This document shows, one piece after another, positions 29,743-39,480 of a stretch of 64,000 nucleotides of DNA. The stretch's first letter is position 1, and every line of letters starts with the position of its first letter. Source of the DNA: an uncultured delta proteobacterium (GTDB lineage Bacteria; Myxococcota_A; UBA9160; SMWR01); the NCBI GenBank assembly GCA_963832165.1, contig CAWHTE010000004.1:32001-96000 (forward strand), read 5' to 3'. The notes beneath the pieces are model-generated. The model was not told where the DNA came from. It did not search any database and saw nothing but the letters and a program-made list of their open reading frames with translations. Position numbers and translations under genes: made by a program.

Positions 29743-30978
29743 ATGTCCGACGCGGCCGATCTCGAGGGATTCCGACGCGACGTTCGCAGCTGGCTCGAGG
29801 CGAACGCACCTGCCAGCGTGCGGGGCGTGCTGACCTCGATCGAGGGCCAGGGAAACTGGGGCGGCCGCCGGCCCAGTTTCGATCCGCCCGACATGAAGAT
29901 CTGGCTCGAGCGCATGGTCGCGCGCGGCTGGACCGCGCCGACCTGGCCGGTCGAGTACGGGGGCGGCGGGCTCTCCGCGGAGCAGGCGAAGGTGCTCGCA
30001 CAGGAGCTCTCCGCGGCGAAGCTGCCGCCGGCGCTGATGGGATTCGGGCTCGAGATGATCGGGCCGACGCTGCTCAACTTCGGCACGGACGAGCAGAAGC
30101 GCGAGCACCTCACGAAGATCACGCGCGGCGAGATCCGCTGGTGTCAGGGTTATTCGGAGCCCGACTCGGGCTCCGATCTCGCGTCGCTGCAGACGCGCGC
30201 GGTGCGCGACGGCGATCACTTCATCGTGAACGGGCGCAAGGTCTGGACCTCCTACGGCGACGTCGCCGACTGGATCTTCGCGCTCGTGCGCACGGATCCG
30301 AACGCCAAGAAGCAGGAGGGCATCACGTTCCTGCTGATCGACATGGAGACGCCGGGCGTCTCGGTGCGCCCGATCCGGCTGATCAGCGGCAAGTCGCCGT
30401 TCTGCGAGACGATCTTCGACGACGTGCGCGTGCCCGCGAAGAATGTCGTGGGACAGATCAACGGCGGCTGGACGGTCGCGAAGGCGCTGCTCGGCTACGA
30501 GCGCGCGATGATCGCGGATGCCTTCGGCGCGTCGGACAGAGGCGCCAAGAAGAAGAAGGCGACGGGCGAGGGCAGCCGGCTCGTTCAGCTGGCCAGGCTG
30601 TACGGGTACGGCCTTGGCGACACGGGCGAGCTGCAAGACGCCGTGCTGCGCGACGAGATCGCACAGCTCGAGATGGACGAGCGCGCGTTCCACCTCACCG
30701 TGCAGCGCAGCCGCGATGCCGCGAAGGCGGGCCACCGGCCCGGGCCCGAGAGCTCGCTGTTCAAGGTGTACGCGACCGAGCTCAACAAGGACCGCCACGA
30801 GCTCTCGGTGCGGATCGCGGGCGCGCAGGGTCTCGGCTGGGAAGGCCCCGGCTACGACGACGAAGAGATCACGCTCACGCGGCAGTGGCTGCGCTCGCGC
30901 GGCAATTCGATCGAGGGCGGCACCTCGGAGATCCAGCTCAACATCATCGCCAAGCGCGTGCTCGGCCTTCCGGACTGA
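29743..30978 (+). CDS. Acyl-CoA dehydrogenase (large partner, PimC-like)
   Basis: WCQGYSEP.SGSDLASL, NG.KVWTS, IEGGTSEIQ.NIIA. Confidence 0.9.
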   Translation: MSDAADLEGFRRDVRSWLEANAPASVRGVLTSIEGQGNWGGRRPSFDPPDMKIWLERMVARGWTAPTWPVEYGGGGLSAEQAKVLAQELSAAKLPPALMGFGLEMIGPTLLNFGTDEQKREHLTKITRGEIRWCQGYSEPDSGSDLASLQTRAVRDGDHFIVNGRKVWTSYGDVADWIFALVRTDPNAKKQEGITFLLIDMETPGVSVRPIRLISGKSPFCETIFDDVRVPAKNVVGQINGGWTVAKALLGYERAMIADAFGASDRGAKKKKATGEGSRLVQLARLYGYGLGDTGELQDAVLRDEIAQLEMDERAFHLTVQRSRDAAKAGHRPGPESSLFKVYATELNKDRHELSVRIAGAQGLGWEGPGYDDEEITLTRQWLRSRGNSIEGGTSEIQLNIIAKRVLGLPD

Positions 30979-30990
30979 GGAAGCATCGCC

Positions 30991-32133
30991 ATGCAGCTCA
31001 TTCTGACCGAAGACCAGGAACTCCTCGCGAAGACGGCCGCCGACTTCGTCTCGCAGAACTCACCCGTGGCGCGCATGCGCGCGCTGCGCGACTCGAACGA
31101 TCCCGACGGCTTCTCGCGCGCGCTCTGGAAGCAGATGGCCGAGCTCGGCTGGGTCGGGATTCCGTTCCCCGAGTCGCTCGGCGGCGCGGGCATGGGGCTC
31201 GCCGAGCTCGCGGTCGTGCTCGAGGAGCTCGGCAAGAACCTCGCGCCCGAGCCCTTCCTGTCCACGGTGCTGCTCGCTGGCCAGGTGCTGCAGATCGCGG
31301 GCAGCGAGGCGCAGAAGAAGCGCTGGCTCGAGCCGGTCGTGCAAGGCGACGCGTTCCTGGCGCTCGCTCAGCAGGAGCGCACGAGCCGCTTCGACCTGCA
31401 CCGCGTGGCCACGCGCGCCGAGGCGCGCGGCAACGGCTTCCGGCTCAGCGGCGAGAAGATCGCGGTGCTCGACGGCGCCGCGGCCGACGCTTTCATCGTC
31501 GTCGCGCGCAGCGCGGGCGCCGAGGACGATCGCCGCGGGATCAGCCTGTTCGTCGTGGCAAACGGCACCCCGGGCCTGCGCGTCGAGCGCCAGTCGCGCG
31601 TCGACTCGCGCGGCGCCGCGATCGTGCACCTGGACGCGTGCGAGGTCGGCGCCGATGCGCTCGTGGGCGCGCTCGGCGAGGGACTCCCGGCGCTCGAGGC
31701 CGCGGCCGACCGCGCGACCGTGGGCCTGTGCGCCGAGATGCTCGGCTCGATGTCGGAGGCGTTTGCGCGCACGCTCGAATACCTCAAGCACCGGATCCAG
31801 TTCGGCGTGCCGATCGGCAGCTTCCAGGCGCTCAAGCACCGCGCGGCGGAGCTCTTCATCCAGATCGAGCTGTGCCGCTCGGCGGTGATGGCGGCCGCGC
31901 GCGCGATCGACGCGGGTGCCGCCGATGCCGCGTCGCTGGTGTCGCTCGCAAAGGCGCGCTGCTCGGATGCGGCGATCCAGGTCGCGAACGAGGCGGTCCA
32001 GATGCACGGCGGGATCGGGATGACCGACGAGCACGAGATCGGCTTCTACCTGAAGCGGGCACGCGTCGCCGAGCTCACACTCGGCGACAGCGCCTGGCAC
32101 CGCGCTCGCTGGGCGCGCCTCGCCGGCTATTGA
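30991..32133 (+). CDS. Acyl-CoA dehydrogenase (small partner, PimD-like)
   Basis: R.QFG.PIGSFQALKHR, QMHGGIGMT.E. Confidence 0.9.
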   Translation: MQLILTEDQELLAKTAADFVSQNSPVARMRALRDSNDPDGFSRALWKQMAELGWVGIPFPESLGGAGMGLAELAVVLEELGKNLAPEPFLSTVLLAGQVLQIAGSEAQKKRWLEPVVQGDAFLALAQQERTSRFDLHRVATRAEARGNGFRLSGEKIAVLDGAAADAFIVVARSAGAEDDRRGISLFVVANGTPGLRVERQSRVDSRGAAIVHLDACEVGADALVGALGEGLPALEAAADRATVGLCAEMLGSMSEAFARTLEYLKHRIQFGVPIGSFQALKHRAAELFIQIELCRSAVMAAARAIDAGAADAASLVSLAKARCSDAAIQVANEAVQMHGGIGMTDEHEIGFYLKRARVAELTLGDSAWHRARWARLAGY

Positions 32134-32142
32134 TCACGTGCC

Positions 32143-33267
32143 GTGACCGCGCTCTCGCCGACTCAACGTCTGTTGCGCGCGTGCCGCGGCGAGCCGGTCG
32201 ACCGCCCGCCGGTCTGGCTGATGCGGCAGGCGGGCCGCTACCTGCCCGACTACCGGCGCGTGCGCGAGCAGGTGTCGTTCCTCGAGCTGTGCCGCGACGT
32301 CGATCGCGCGGTCGAAGTCTCGCTTCAGCCGATCGATGCGATCGGCTCGGAGGCGGTGATCTTCTTCTCGGACATCTTCACGCCGATCCCGGGCATGGGC
32401 GTCGAGGTCGACTTCCGGCCCGGACCCGTGGTCGCGGCGCCGATCCGCAGCGCTGCCCAGGTGGAGCGTCTGCGCGTGCCCGATCCGCGCGAGAGCGTTC
32501 CGTTCGTGTTCGAGATCCTGCGCACGCTGCGCCGCGAGCTCGCCGCGCGCGAGATCCCGCTGCTCGGATTCGCGGGCGCGCCGTTCACGCTCGCGGCCTA
32601 CCTCGTGGAGGGGGCCGGCTCGCGCCACTTCAGTACCTGGAAGCGCATGCTCTGGCGCGAGCCCGCGCTCGCCCGCGCGCTGCTCGACCGGCTCACCGAT
32701 CTCACGGTCGGCTACCTCGGCGCGCAGATCGAAGCGGGCGCCCAGGTGGTGCAGATCTTCGACACCTGGGCGGGCATGCTCTCGCCCGGGGACTACCGCG
32801 AGTGGGTGCTGCCGACCCACCGCGAGATCGCGGCCAAGCTCGACCGCTCCGCGCCGCTGATCCTCTACGTGAACGATGGCGCCCATGTGCTCGAAGAAAC
32901 AGCGGAAAGCGGGGCAGACGTGATCTCGCTCGACTGGCGCGTCGACCTCGCCGACGCCGCGCGGCGCGTGGGCGCGCGCGTGAGTCTCCAGGGCAACCTC
33001 GATCCGTGCGCGCTCGCGGCCGATCCCGAGACGATCGCGCACAAGGTGCGCGAGCTCGCGCGCGCGGCGGCACCCGCGCGCGGACACATCATGAACCTGG
33101 GACACGGCTGCCTGCCCGACACGCCCGTCGAAGGCGTGCGCGCATTCACGGATGCCGTGCGCTCGCTGAACGCAAGTTTCGCGCAGCGAGTGCAAGTTTC
33201 GCGCAGCGAGCCGGAGGCGAGCGAAGACCAGCAGCTAGCCGAGCGAAGGCAATCTGGGGGGTCATGA
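32143..33267 (+). CDS. hemE: Uroporphyrinogen decarboxylase with repeat-derived C-terminal extension
   Basis: PVWLMRQAGRYLP, FSDI, QIFDTW, QGNLDP, NLGHG. Confidence 0.95.
   Translation: MTALSPTQRLLRACRGEPVDRPPVWLMRQAGRYLPDYRRVREQVSFLELCRDVDRAVEVSLQPIDAIGSEAVIFFSDIFTPIPGMGVEVDFRPGPVVAAPIRSAAQVERLRVPDPRESVPFVFEILRTLRRELAAREIPLLGFAGAPFTLAAYLVEGAGSRHFSTWKRMLWREPALARALLDRLTDLTVGYLGAQIEAGAQVVQIFDTWAGMLSPGDYREWVLPTHREIAAKLDRSAPLILYVNDGAHVLEETAESGADVISLDWRVDLADAARRVGARVSLQGNLDPCALAADPETIAHKVRELARAAAPARGHIMNLGHGCLPDTPVEGVRAFTDAVRSLNASFAQRVQVSRSEPEASEDQQLAERRQSGGS
33173..33254 (+). repeat. 38-bp hairpin repeat, nested copies (left half 33173-33190, full copy 33193-33230, right half ~33237-33254)
   Basis: caagtttcgcgcagcgag tg caagtttcgcgcagcgagccggaggcgagcgaagacca gcagct agccgagcgaaggcaatc. 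Confidence 0.85.
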
Positions 33268-34668
33268 GCGATCCGTTCTCGATCGAGCTCGACCGGATCG
33301 CGGAGCTGCTGCCGCGCTACGCGATCGACGGGCCGCGCTACACGAGCTACCCGACCGCGCCGGTGTGGACCGCGGACTACGGCGCCGACGACTACCGCGC
33401 CGACCTCGCCGACGACGAGATCGAGGCGAGCGATGGCCTCTCGCTCTACGTGCACGTGCCGTACTGCGACTCGCTGTGCCACTTCTGCGCCTGCAACAAG
33501 GTGATCACGACCGATCACACGCGCGCGGCCGGCTACCTCGACACGATCGAGCGCGAGATCGAGGCGGTGCGCGCGGCCACGCGCGTGCCGCGCGCGGCGA
33601 CGCAGCTGCACTGGGGCGGTGGAACGCCCACCTGGCTCGCGCCGGCCGAGGTCCAGCGCCTGTTCCGCTCGCTCGTCGAGGCGTTTCCCATGCGCACGGA
33701 CGCCGAGATCTCGATCGAGGTGGACCCGCGCGTGACCACGCGCGAGCACATCGACGTGCTCGCCGAGTGCGGGTTCAACCGCATCTCGATGGGCGTACAG
33801 GACTTCGACCCGCGCGTGCAGCAGGCGGTGCACCGGATCCAGCCTGCCGCCGAGACGGCGCGCCTGGTCGAGTGGGCGCGCCGCGCCGGGCTTCGAGAGC
33901 GTGAACTTCGACCTGATCTACGGGCTGCCGTACCAGACGCCCGCGAGCTTCGAGCGCACGCTCGACCAGCTGTTCGCGATCGGCCCGGATCGCATCGCGC
34001 TCTACTCCTACGCGCACGTGACGTGGATCGCGAAGCAGCAGCGCGGCTTCGAGCGCAAGGACCTGCCCGATGCCGCGACGAAGCTCCAGATCATGCTCAC
34101 CGCGATCCGGCGCTTCCTGGCCGAGGGCTACCTGTTCATCGGGCTCGACCATTTCGCGCGCGAGGGCGACGAGCTCGCGAAGGCGCTCGCGGATCGCTCG
34201 CTGCGCCGCAATTTCATGGGCCACACGACCCAGGCTGGCGTCGATCTGATCGGCTTCGGCCCTTCCGCGATCAGCGAGCTGCGCGCGAGCTATGCGCAGT
34301 CACAGCGCGAGGTCCCGGCCTGGGAGGCGGCCGTGCGCGAGCACGGCGTGGCCACGATGCGCGGCCATCGCCTGTCGCGCGCCGACATCGAGCGGCGCTG
34401 GATCATCAACCGGATCCTGTGTCACGGCGAGCTGCGCGCACGCGACTACGAAGAGACGTTCGGGCGCGCGTTCGCGGAGGCCTATCGGCCCGAGCTCGCA
34501 TCGCTCGATCAGGCGCGCGCGGACGGCCTGATCGAGTGCGATACGGACGGCAGCCTGCGCGTCACGCCGATCGGGCGCCTGCTCGTGCGCACCATCGCGA
34601 TGGCGTTCGACGCCTATCTGCCCGAGCAGCAGAAGAGCGGGTCGCGGATCTTCAGCAAGACAGTCTGA
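33264..34668 (+). CDS. hemN: Oxygen-independent coproporphyrinogen III oxidase, +1 frameshift near 33889
   Basis: GPRYTSYPTA, CDSLCHFCAC, HWGGGTP; second frame NFDLIYGLPYQT, GLDHFA, RNFMG, FSKTV; extra G in GCC GGG CTT CGA. Confidence 0.9.
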
Positions 34669-34680
34669 CTTCGCTCGGCT

Positions 34681-35067
34681 CTACGACTCCCAGTGCCGAT
34701 CGCCGCGGCGGCGATCGTGCCGGTCGTGCCTCCGGTGATGGCGGCGCTCGTAGCGGTCGTGCTGGCGATCGTGCCGCCGGTCGAGGTAGCGGTGGAAGCC
34801 GCGGTGCTGCCACCGATCGGCGTACGGGCTGTTCCAGTCATGCCACGTGCGGTGTTTGCGGTCGAGATGGCGGTGGCCGCTGCGGTGCTCGCGGCCCTGC
34901 CAGCGATGTCCGCCGCGGTGGTCGTCATCGAAGTCGCGGTAGGACTCGCTGTGTCCACCGCGGTTGTTCCAGTCGACGTACCGATCAGCCGCAGAAGCGT
35001 CACTCGCGATCAGCAGCCCCAGTACGCCGACGGCTCCCGCGAGCGCGGGGCCCAGAGAGATATGCAT
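34681..35067 (-). CDS. Small secreted His/Arg/Asp-rich protein
   Basis: AGGAG RBS; signal peptide ending ASA; low-complexity HR/DR-rich mature part. Confidence 0.65.
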   Translation of the reverse strand: MHISLGPALAGAVGVLGLLIASDASAADRYVDWNNRGGHSESYRDFDDDHRGGHRWQGREHRSGHRHLDRKHRTWHDWNSPYADRWQHRGFHRYLDRRHDRQHDRYERRHHRRHDRHDRRRGDRHWES

Positions 35068-35179
35068 CGGATCTCCTCCTGTTTCCGGCGCGTCCTCTGC
35101 GGCAGCGCCGGGTTGATGAAGCCGACACGCGCACGCTCGCGCGAATTCGATCGCGCTTCTGTGCGAGAGGGTGGGGAGA

Positions 35180-38026
35180 TCACCTGGGGGACGTGCCGTC
35201 TACCGCAGCCTCCAGGTCGGGCAGGGCGACGCCGCGCGCGAGCTGCTCGGAAGCGCGCAGGCCGCGAGCGCACGCCCCGGTGTCCTCTCCATCGGGGGCG
35301 CAGCGCCGCCACACCTCCACGAGCTGCGCGGGATCGAACGGCTCCGCGTGGGCATAGGCGCGCCTGTACAGCCGGGTCCACTCGATCGCCTCGTCCGGCG
35401 GTATGCGACCTGACGGCGCTGGCGCGGATGGATCGGCACCGAGCAGCCGCTGCAAGCGCTCCAGGTATCGGGGCCCGCGCTCGCGCAGCATCTCGGCGAG
35501 CGGCGCGAAGCGCTCGGGATTCGGGTGCGCGTTCGCCCACGCCGCTGCGAGCCCGCCACAGTTGGAAAGCACCGCCCGGCACGCGCGCCACGCGGCGTGG
35601 TCGAGGGCCTCGCGCGCCTCGTCGCCCGACAGCTGCGCGCGGTAGCGGCCCAGCAGCGAGTTGGCCGTCCCGATCTCCGCGGGCGCGCCGTAGCCCGTGA
35701 ACGGCACCGACCCGCGGCCGCCCGTGAAGAAGGCACGTCCGGCCACGAAGCTCAGGCGCGGGTGAATCAGCGAATGGACCGGCCCCCGGAGCGCGGCCGC
35801 GTGGACGACGCCGAGCGGAAGCGTTTCGTGGGCGAGCCAGGTCGCGAGGTCCGTGGCCTCGAGGCGCCGGAGCGCCAAGTGAAAGTCCGGTTGTTGCATG
35901 CGCGCTGCGAGACGCTCGAGGTCGAGCGCCCACATCGGGTCGCGGAAACCCAGAATCAGGGCGTCCGCGTAGTTCACGGTCCAGACGGCGACGTGATCGA
36001 AGACGCTCGCATAGGTCTCGAGCACGAGCTCGATCGTCGCGTCGCTGGTGTCGTAGAAGTGGAACCACTGGGCGAACACACCGCGCGGCGTCAGGTGATC
36101 GCGCGCTGCGGCGAGAAACTCCTGCGAGTAGAGCATCTCGACACCGGTCACCCACGGATTGCTCGGCTCCGAGATGATCACGTCGTATTGGCGCGCGCTC
36201 CGGACGAGCGCGCGGTAGGCGTCGCTGTGGACGAACGTCAACTTGGGATTGCGCGAGACGCCGTAGTTCCCGAAGTCGAACAGTGGCGCCGCGGCGATCA
36301 CGCCCGACGAGATCTCGGCCACCGTGATGCTCTGCGTCTCCGCGAGCTGGGAGAGCTCCCCCGCCGTGATCCCGGTCCCGAAGCCGATCACGAACGCGTT
36401 CTCGGCGCGCTCCGCGAACAGCGCCGGCACCACCGCGAGCATTGCCATCGTCCCGTAGTCGCCGGTCGTGTTCCCGTCCGACTTCCCGTTCACGAACAGG
36501 CTGCGACTCGAGGCGCGCGCACCCTGAGAGAATTCGCGGACCGTCACCGTGGTGTTCGGATCGTCGTCGTGGAACACGATCCGGCTGTTCGGGATGTAGT
36601 GGGCGAGCCCCGAGGGGCCGTCCCAGGTCCAGTCCGTGGACTTCCGCTCGCGGAACACGCCCGACGCGAGATAGGCAGGACGCCACGGCGGCAGCGCAGC
36701 GATCGCGATCAGCGAGGCGATTCCGAGCGCCGCGGTGCCCGCGAGCCCGATGCGCGCGGACTGGCGCCACGTCGCGATCGATGCCGCGAGTACGAGCGCG
36801 CACAGAGCGATCCGGTACACGTGATGCAGATCGAGCCAGACCAGGAGCGCATAGCCGCCGATCAGCGCGCCGAGCAGCGAACCGACCGTGTTCACACTGT
36901 ACAGGCGCCCCGCCTGCGAGCCGAGCTCGCCGACCTCGCGCCGCAGCGCGTGGAACGAGAGCGGCAGCGCCGCGCCCGAGAACACCACCGCGGGCCCGAT
37001 CGCGAGCAGCACGGCGAGGAAGACGCCGCCGTAGAACGGGTAGAACGCCGACTCGGTGTCGCCGAACGCGATGCGGACGAGGTGCGCCCAGTAGGGCGCG
37101 GTCTCGAGTCCGAAGTAGAGCGCGCTGAACAGGATCGCGAGCACCCACAGCGCGGCCGGAAGCGCCAACCGGGGGATCCGTGTGAATGCCGAGACCGCGA
37201 AGCTGCCGACCGCGATGCACACCACGAAGACGGCCACCACGATCGTGAACGTGTACTCCGACGAGCCGAACGAGAGGCCGCTGATCCGGATCACGGTGGT
37301 CTGGAGCACCATCATCGCGAAGCCCACGAGCAGCGCGATGCCGCCGTAGACGGCGAACACGCGCGCGCCGAGCGGTGGTGCTCCCTCCGTTTCGAGCTCG
37401 GCGAGCGGAGCCGCAGAGCGGCTCAGTGCCGCGAACGCGGCCCCGATCGCGAGATTCACGGCCCCCATCGCGTAGAGCGTGCCCTCGAGCCCGAGCCCGT
37501 GGATCAGCACGAAGCCGGTCGCGAGCGTTCCCGCAAACGCGCCCGCGGTGTTGGACGCATAGATCTGCGCGTGAACGCGCGTGGCGTCGGCCAGATTGCG
37601 CGCGAGCGCCTGGGTCAGGATCGGGATCGTCCCACCCATCAGCGTGGCGGGTGGCACGATCAGCGCGGCCGCGAGCGCGACGTCGACCGCAAAGCCGAGT
37701 GCTCCTTCGCCGCCGGGCAGCGTGGCCGACGCGCTGCGCACGAGCGCGAAGGTCCAGGGGAACCCGAGGCACCAGAGCCCGATGCCCGCCTCGACACCGC
37801 CGTAGACGGCGAGCAGGGAGCGTTCGCGCTCGACGAGCCGCCTCGTCAACGCGCCGAACAGCCAGTACCCGAGCGAGAGGCCGCCCAGGAACAGGCCCAA
37901 CACGGCCGCGGTCGCCTCGCTGTGCGCGCCCAGCAGGATCGCGAGGTACTTCTGCCAGGTGACCTCGTAGGCGAGCCCCGTGAACCCGGAGAGCACGGTG
38001 AGCGCGAGGGCGGCGGGTCGCAGCAT
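35180..38026 (-). CDS. Membrane-fused spermidine synthase-like protein
   Basis: SG..GL.YEVTW, many TMs, LY..NT.G repeats, VIGFGTG, YDVIISEPSNPW. Confidence 0.85.
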   Translation of the reverse strand: MLRPAALALTVLSGFTGLAYEVTWQKYLAILLGAHSEATAAVLGLFLGGLSLGYWLFGALTRRLVERERSLLAVYGGVEAGIGLWCLGFPWTFALVRSASATLPGGEGALGFAVDVALAAALIVPPATLMGGTIPILTQALARNLADATRVHAQIYASNTAGAFAGTLATGFVLIHGLGLEGTLYAMGAVNLAIGAAFAALSRSAAPLAELETEGAPPLGARVFAVYGGIALLVGFAMMVLQTTVIRISGLSFGSSEYTFTIVVAVFVVCIAVGSFAVSAFTRIPRLALPAALWVLAILFSALYFGLETAPYWAHLVRIAFGDTESAFYPFYGGVFLAVLLAIGPAVVFSGAALPLSFHALRREVGELGSQAGRLYSVNTVGSLLGALIGGYALLVWLDLHHVYRIALCALVLAASIATWRQSARIGLAGTAALGIASLIAIAALPPWRPAYLASGVFRERKSTDWTWDGPSGLAHYIPNSRIVFHDDDPNTTVTVREFSQGARASSRSLFVNGKSDGNTTGDYGTMAMLAVVPALFAERAENAFVIGFGTGITAGELSQLAETQSITVAEISSGVIAAAPLFDFGNYGVSRNPKLTFVHSDAYRALVRSARQYDVIISEPSNPWVTGVEMLYSQEFLAAARDHLTPRGVFAQWFHFYDTSDATIELVLETYASVFDHVAVWTVNYADALILGFRDPMWALDLERLAARMQQPDFHLALRRLEATDLATWLAHETLPLGVVHAAALRGPVHSLIHPRLSFVAGRAFFTGGRGSVPFTGYGAPAEIGTANSLLGRYRAQLSGDEAREALDHAAWRACRAVLSNCGGLAAAWANAHPNPERFAPLAEMLRERGPRYLERLQRLLGADPSAPAPSGRIPPDEAIEWTRLYRRAYAHAEPFDPAQLVEVWRRCAPDGEDTGACARGLRASEQLARGVALPDLEAAVDGTSPR

Positions 38027-38109
38027 CGCGGCAGTATCACCGAATCGGAGCGGTCCTGTGTCGGGTCGCGGGATGCCAAGTCGCGAATTCTCTTCCAAAG
38101 TCTGGGCCG

Positions 38110-39480
38110 ATGGGAACGACTCAGGTCGAGGCGGTGGTGGTGGGCGCGGGAATCGCCGGGCTCGCGGCGGCGCTCGAGCTCCAGTCGGCGGGCTGCGACG
38201 TGCTCGTGGCGGATCCGTCCGATCGGCCCGGCGGCGTTATGCGGACCGACCACCGCAAGGGCTTCGTCGTCGAGAGCGGGCCCGCCACGGCGATGGTCCG
38301 CAGGCCGATGCTCGACTTCCTCTCGAAGCGCGGGCTGCACGACCAGCTGTTGCGCGCAGCCCCGGCGAGCCGCAAGCGGTTCCTGTACAGCGGCGGTCGG
38401 ATGGTCCGCGTGCCGGACTCGCCGTTGCGGATCGCAGGCACCCCGCTGCTCTCGGGGCGCGCAAAGCTGCGCGCGCTGACCGAGCCGTTCCGCCGCCGCG
38501 GCAAATCGGAAGCCGAGTCGGTCGCCGAGTTCGTGGGGCGGCGGCTCGGGCGCGAGGTGTCGAGCGCGCTCGTGGGGCCGTTCCTGACCGGCGTCTACGC
38601 AGGCGACGAGGAGCAGCTCGGTGCGGCCGCGGTGCTGCCGCGCTGGGTGGATCGCGAGCAGCGCTTCGGCTCGCTCGCGCTGGGCGGGTTCGCGGGTCTC
38701 CTGCGCCGCGATCGCGATCGCGGACTGCGCGGCTCGTACGCGACCGAGCAGGGCTTCGGCCCGTTCGCGCGGCGCCTCGCCGAAGCGCTCGCGGAGCCGC
38801 CCGCGCTCGGCACGCGCGTGGCGTGGATCGCGCGCGACGGCCCGCGCTGGCACGTCGACCTGACGAGTCCGAGCGGAGATCTCGCGCTGTCGGCCGCGCG
38901 CGTCGTCGTCGCGGCGCCCGCCTATGCCGCGGCCGACGTGCTGCGCGGCATCGACGGCGAGATCGCGCTCGCGCTCGAGAGCATCGCCTATGCGCCGATC
39001 GTGGTCGCGCCGGTCGGCATCGAGGCGGGCCGCTCGCGCGAGCCGATCGAGGGCTTCGGATTCCTGGTGCCGCGCGAGGAGTCGATGGGACTGCTCGGCT
39101 GCTTGTTCATGAGCCAGCTGTTTCCGGGCCGCGCGCCCGCTGGCCACGAGCTCCTGCACTGCATGCTCGGCGGCGTGCGCTGGCCCGAAGCCGTGCACCT
39201 GCCCGACTCGGCGCTCGAGGCCCGCCTCGCCGAAGATCTGTCGCGCACGCTCGGGATCGCGGATCCGCCCGCGCCGCTCGGATTCGTGCGCTGGCCGCGC
39301 GCGGTCCCACAGCCCGACCGCGATCACCGCGCGCGCATGCGCTGGCTCTCCGGGCGGCTCGACCAGATGCCCGGCCTCGCGCTCGCGGGATCCTACGTTG
39401 CCGGCGTGAGCGTCTCGGACTCGCTGGCGTCGGGATTGGCAGCGGCTTCTCGAGCACTTACAGCGATTCCCTTCGCGTGA
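38110..39480 (+). CDS. hemY: Protoporphyrinogen/coproporphyrinogen oxidase (HemY type)
   Basis: VVGAGIAGLAAA FAD motif, GVYAGD, GFGFLVP, WPRAVPQ; next to hemH. Confidence 0.9.
   Translation: MGTTQVEAVVVGAGIAGLAAALELQSAGCDVLVADPSDRPGGVMRTDHRKGFVVESGPATAMVRRPMLDFLSKRGLHDQLLRAAPASRKRFLYSGGRMVRVPDSPLRIAGTPLLSGRAKLRALTEPFRRRGKSEAESVAEFVGRRLGREVSSALVGPFLTGVYAGDEEQLGAAAVLPRWVDREQRFGSLALGGFAGLLRRDRDRGLRGSYATEQGFGPFARRLAEALAEPPALGTRVAWIARDGPRWHVDLTSPSGDLALSAARVVVAAPAYAAADVLRGIDGEIALALESIAYAPIVVAPVGIEAGRSREPIEGFGFLVPREESMGLLGCLFMSQLFPGRAPAGHELLHCMLGGVRWPEAVHLPDSALEARLAEDLSRTLGIADPPAPLGFVRWPRAVPQPDRDHRARMRWLSGRLDQMPGLALAGSYVAGVSVSDSLASGLAAASRALTAIPFA

Noticed and set aside
29667..35357. 1896-aa ORF on the + strand
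   Set aside because: Arg/Ala-rich shadow frame over the acyl-CoA dehydrogenases and hemE. Only 33264-33890 (the hemN N-terminal half) is real.
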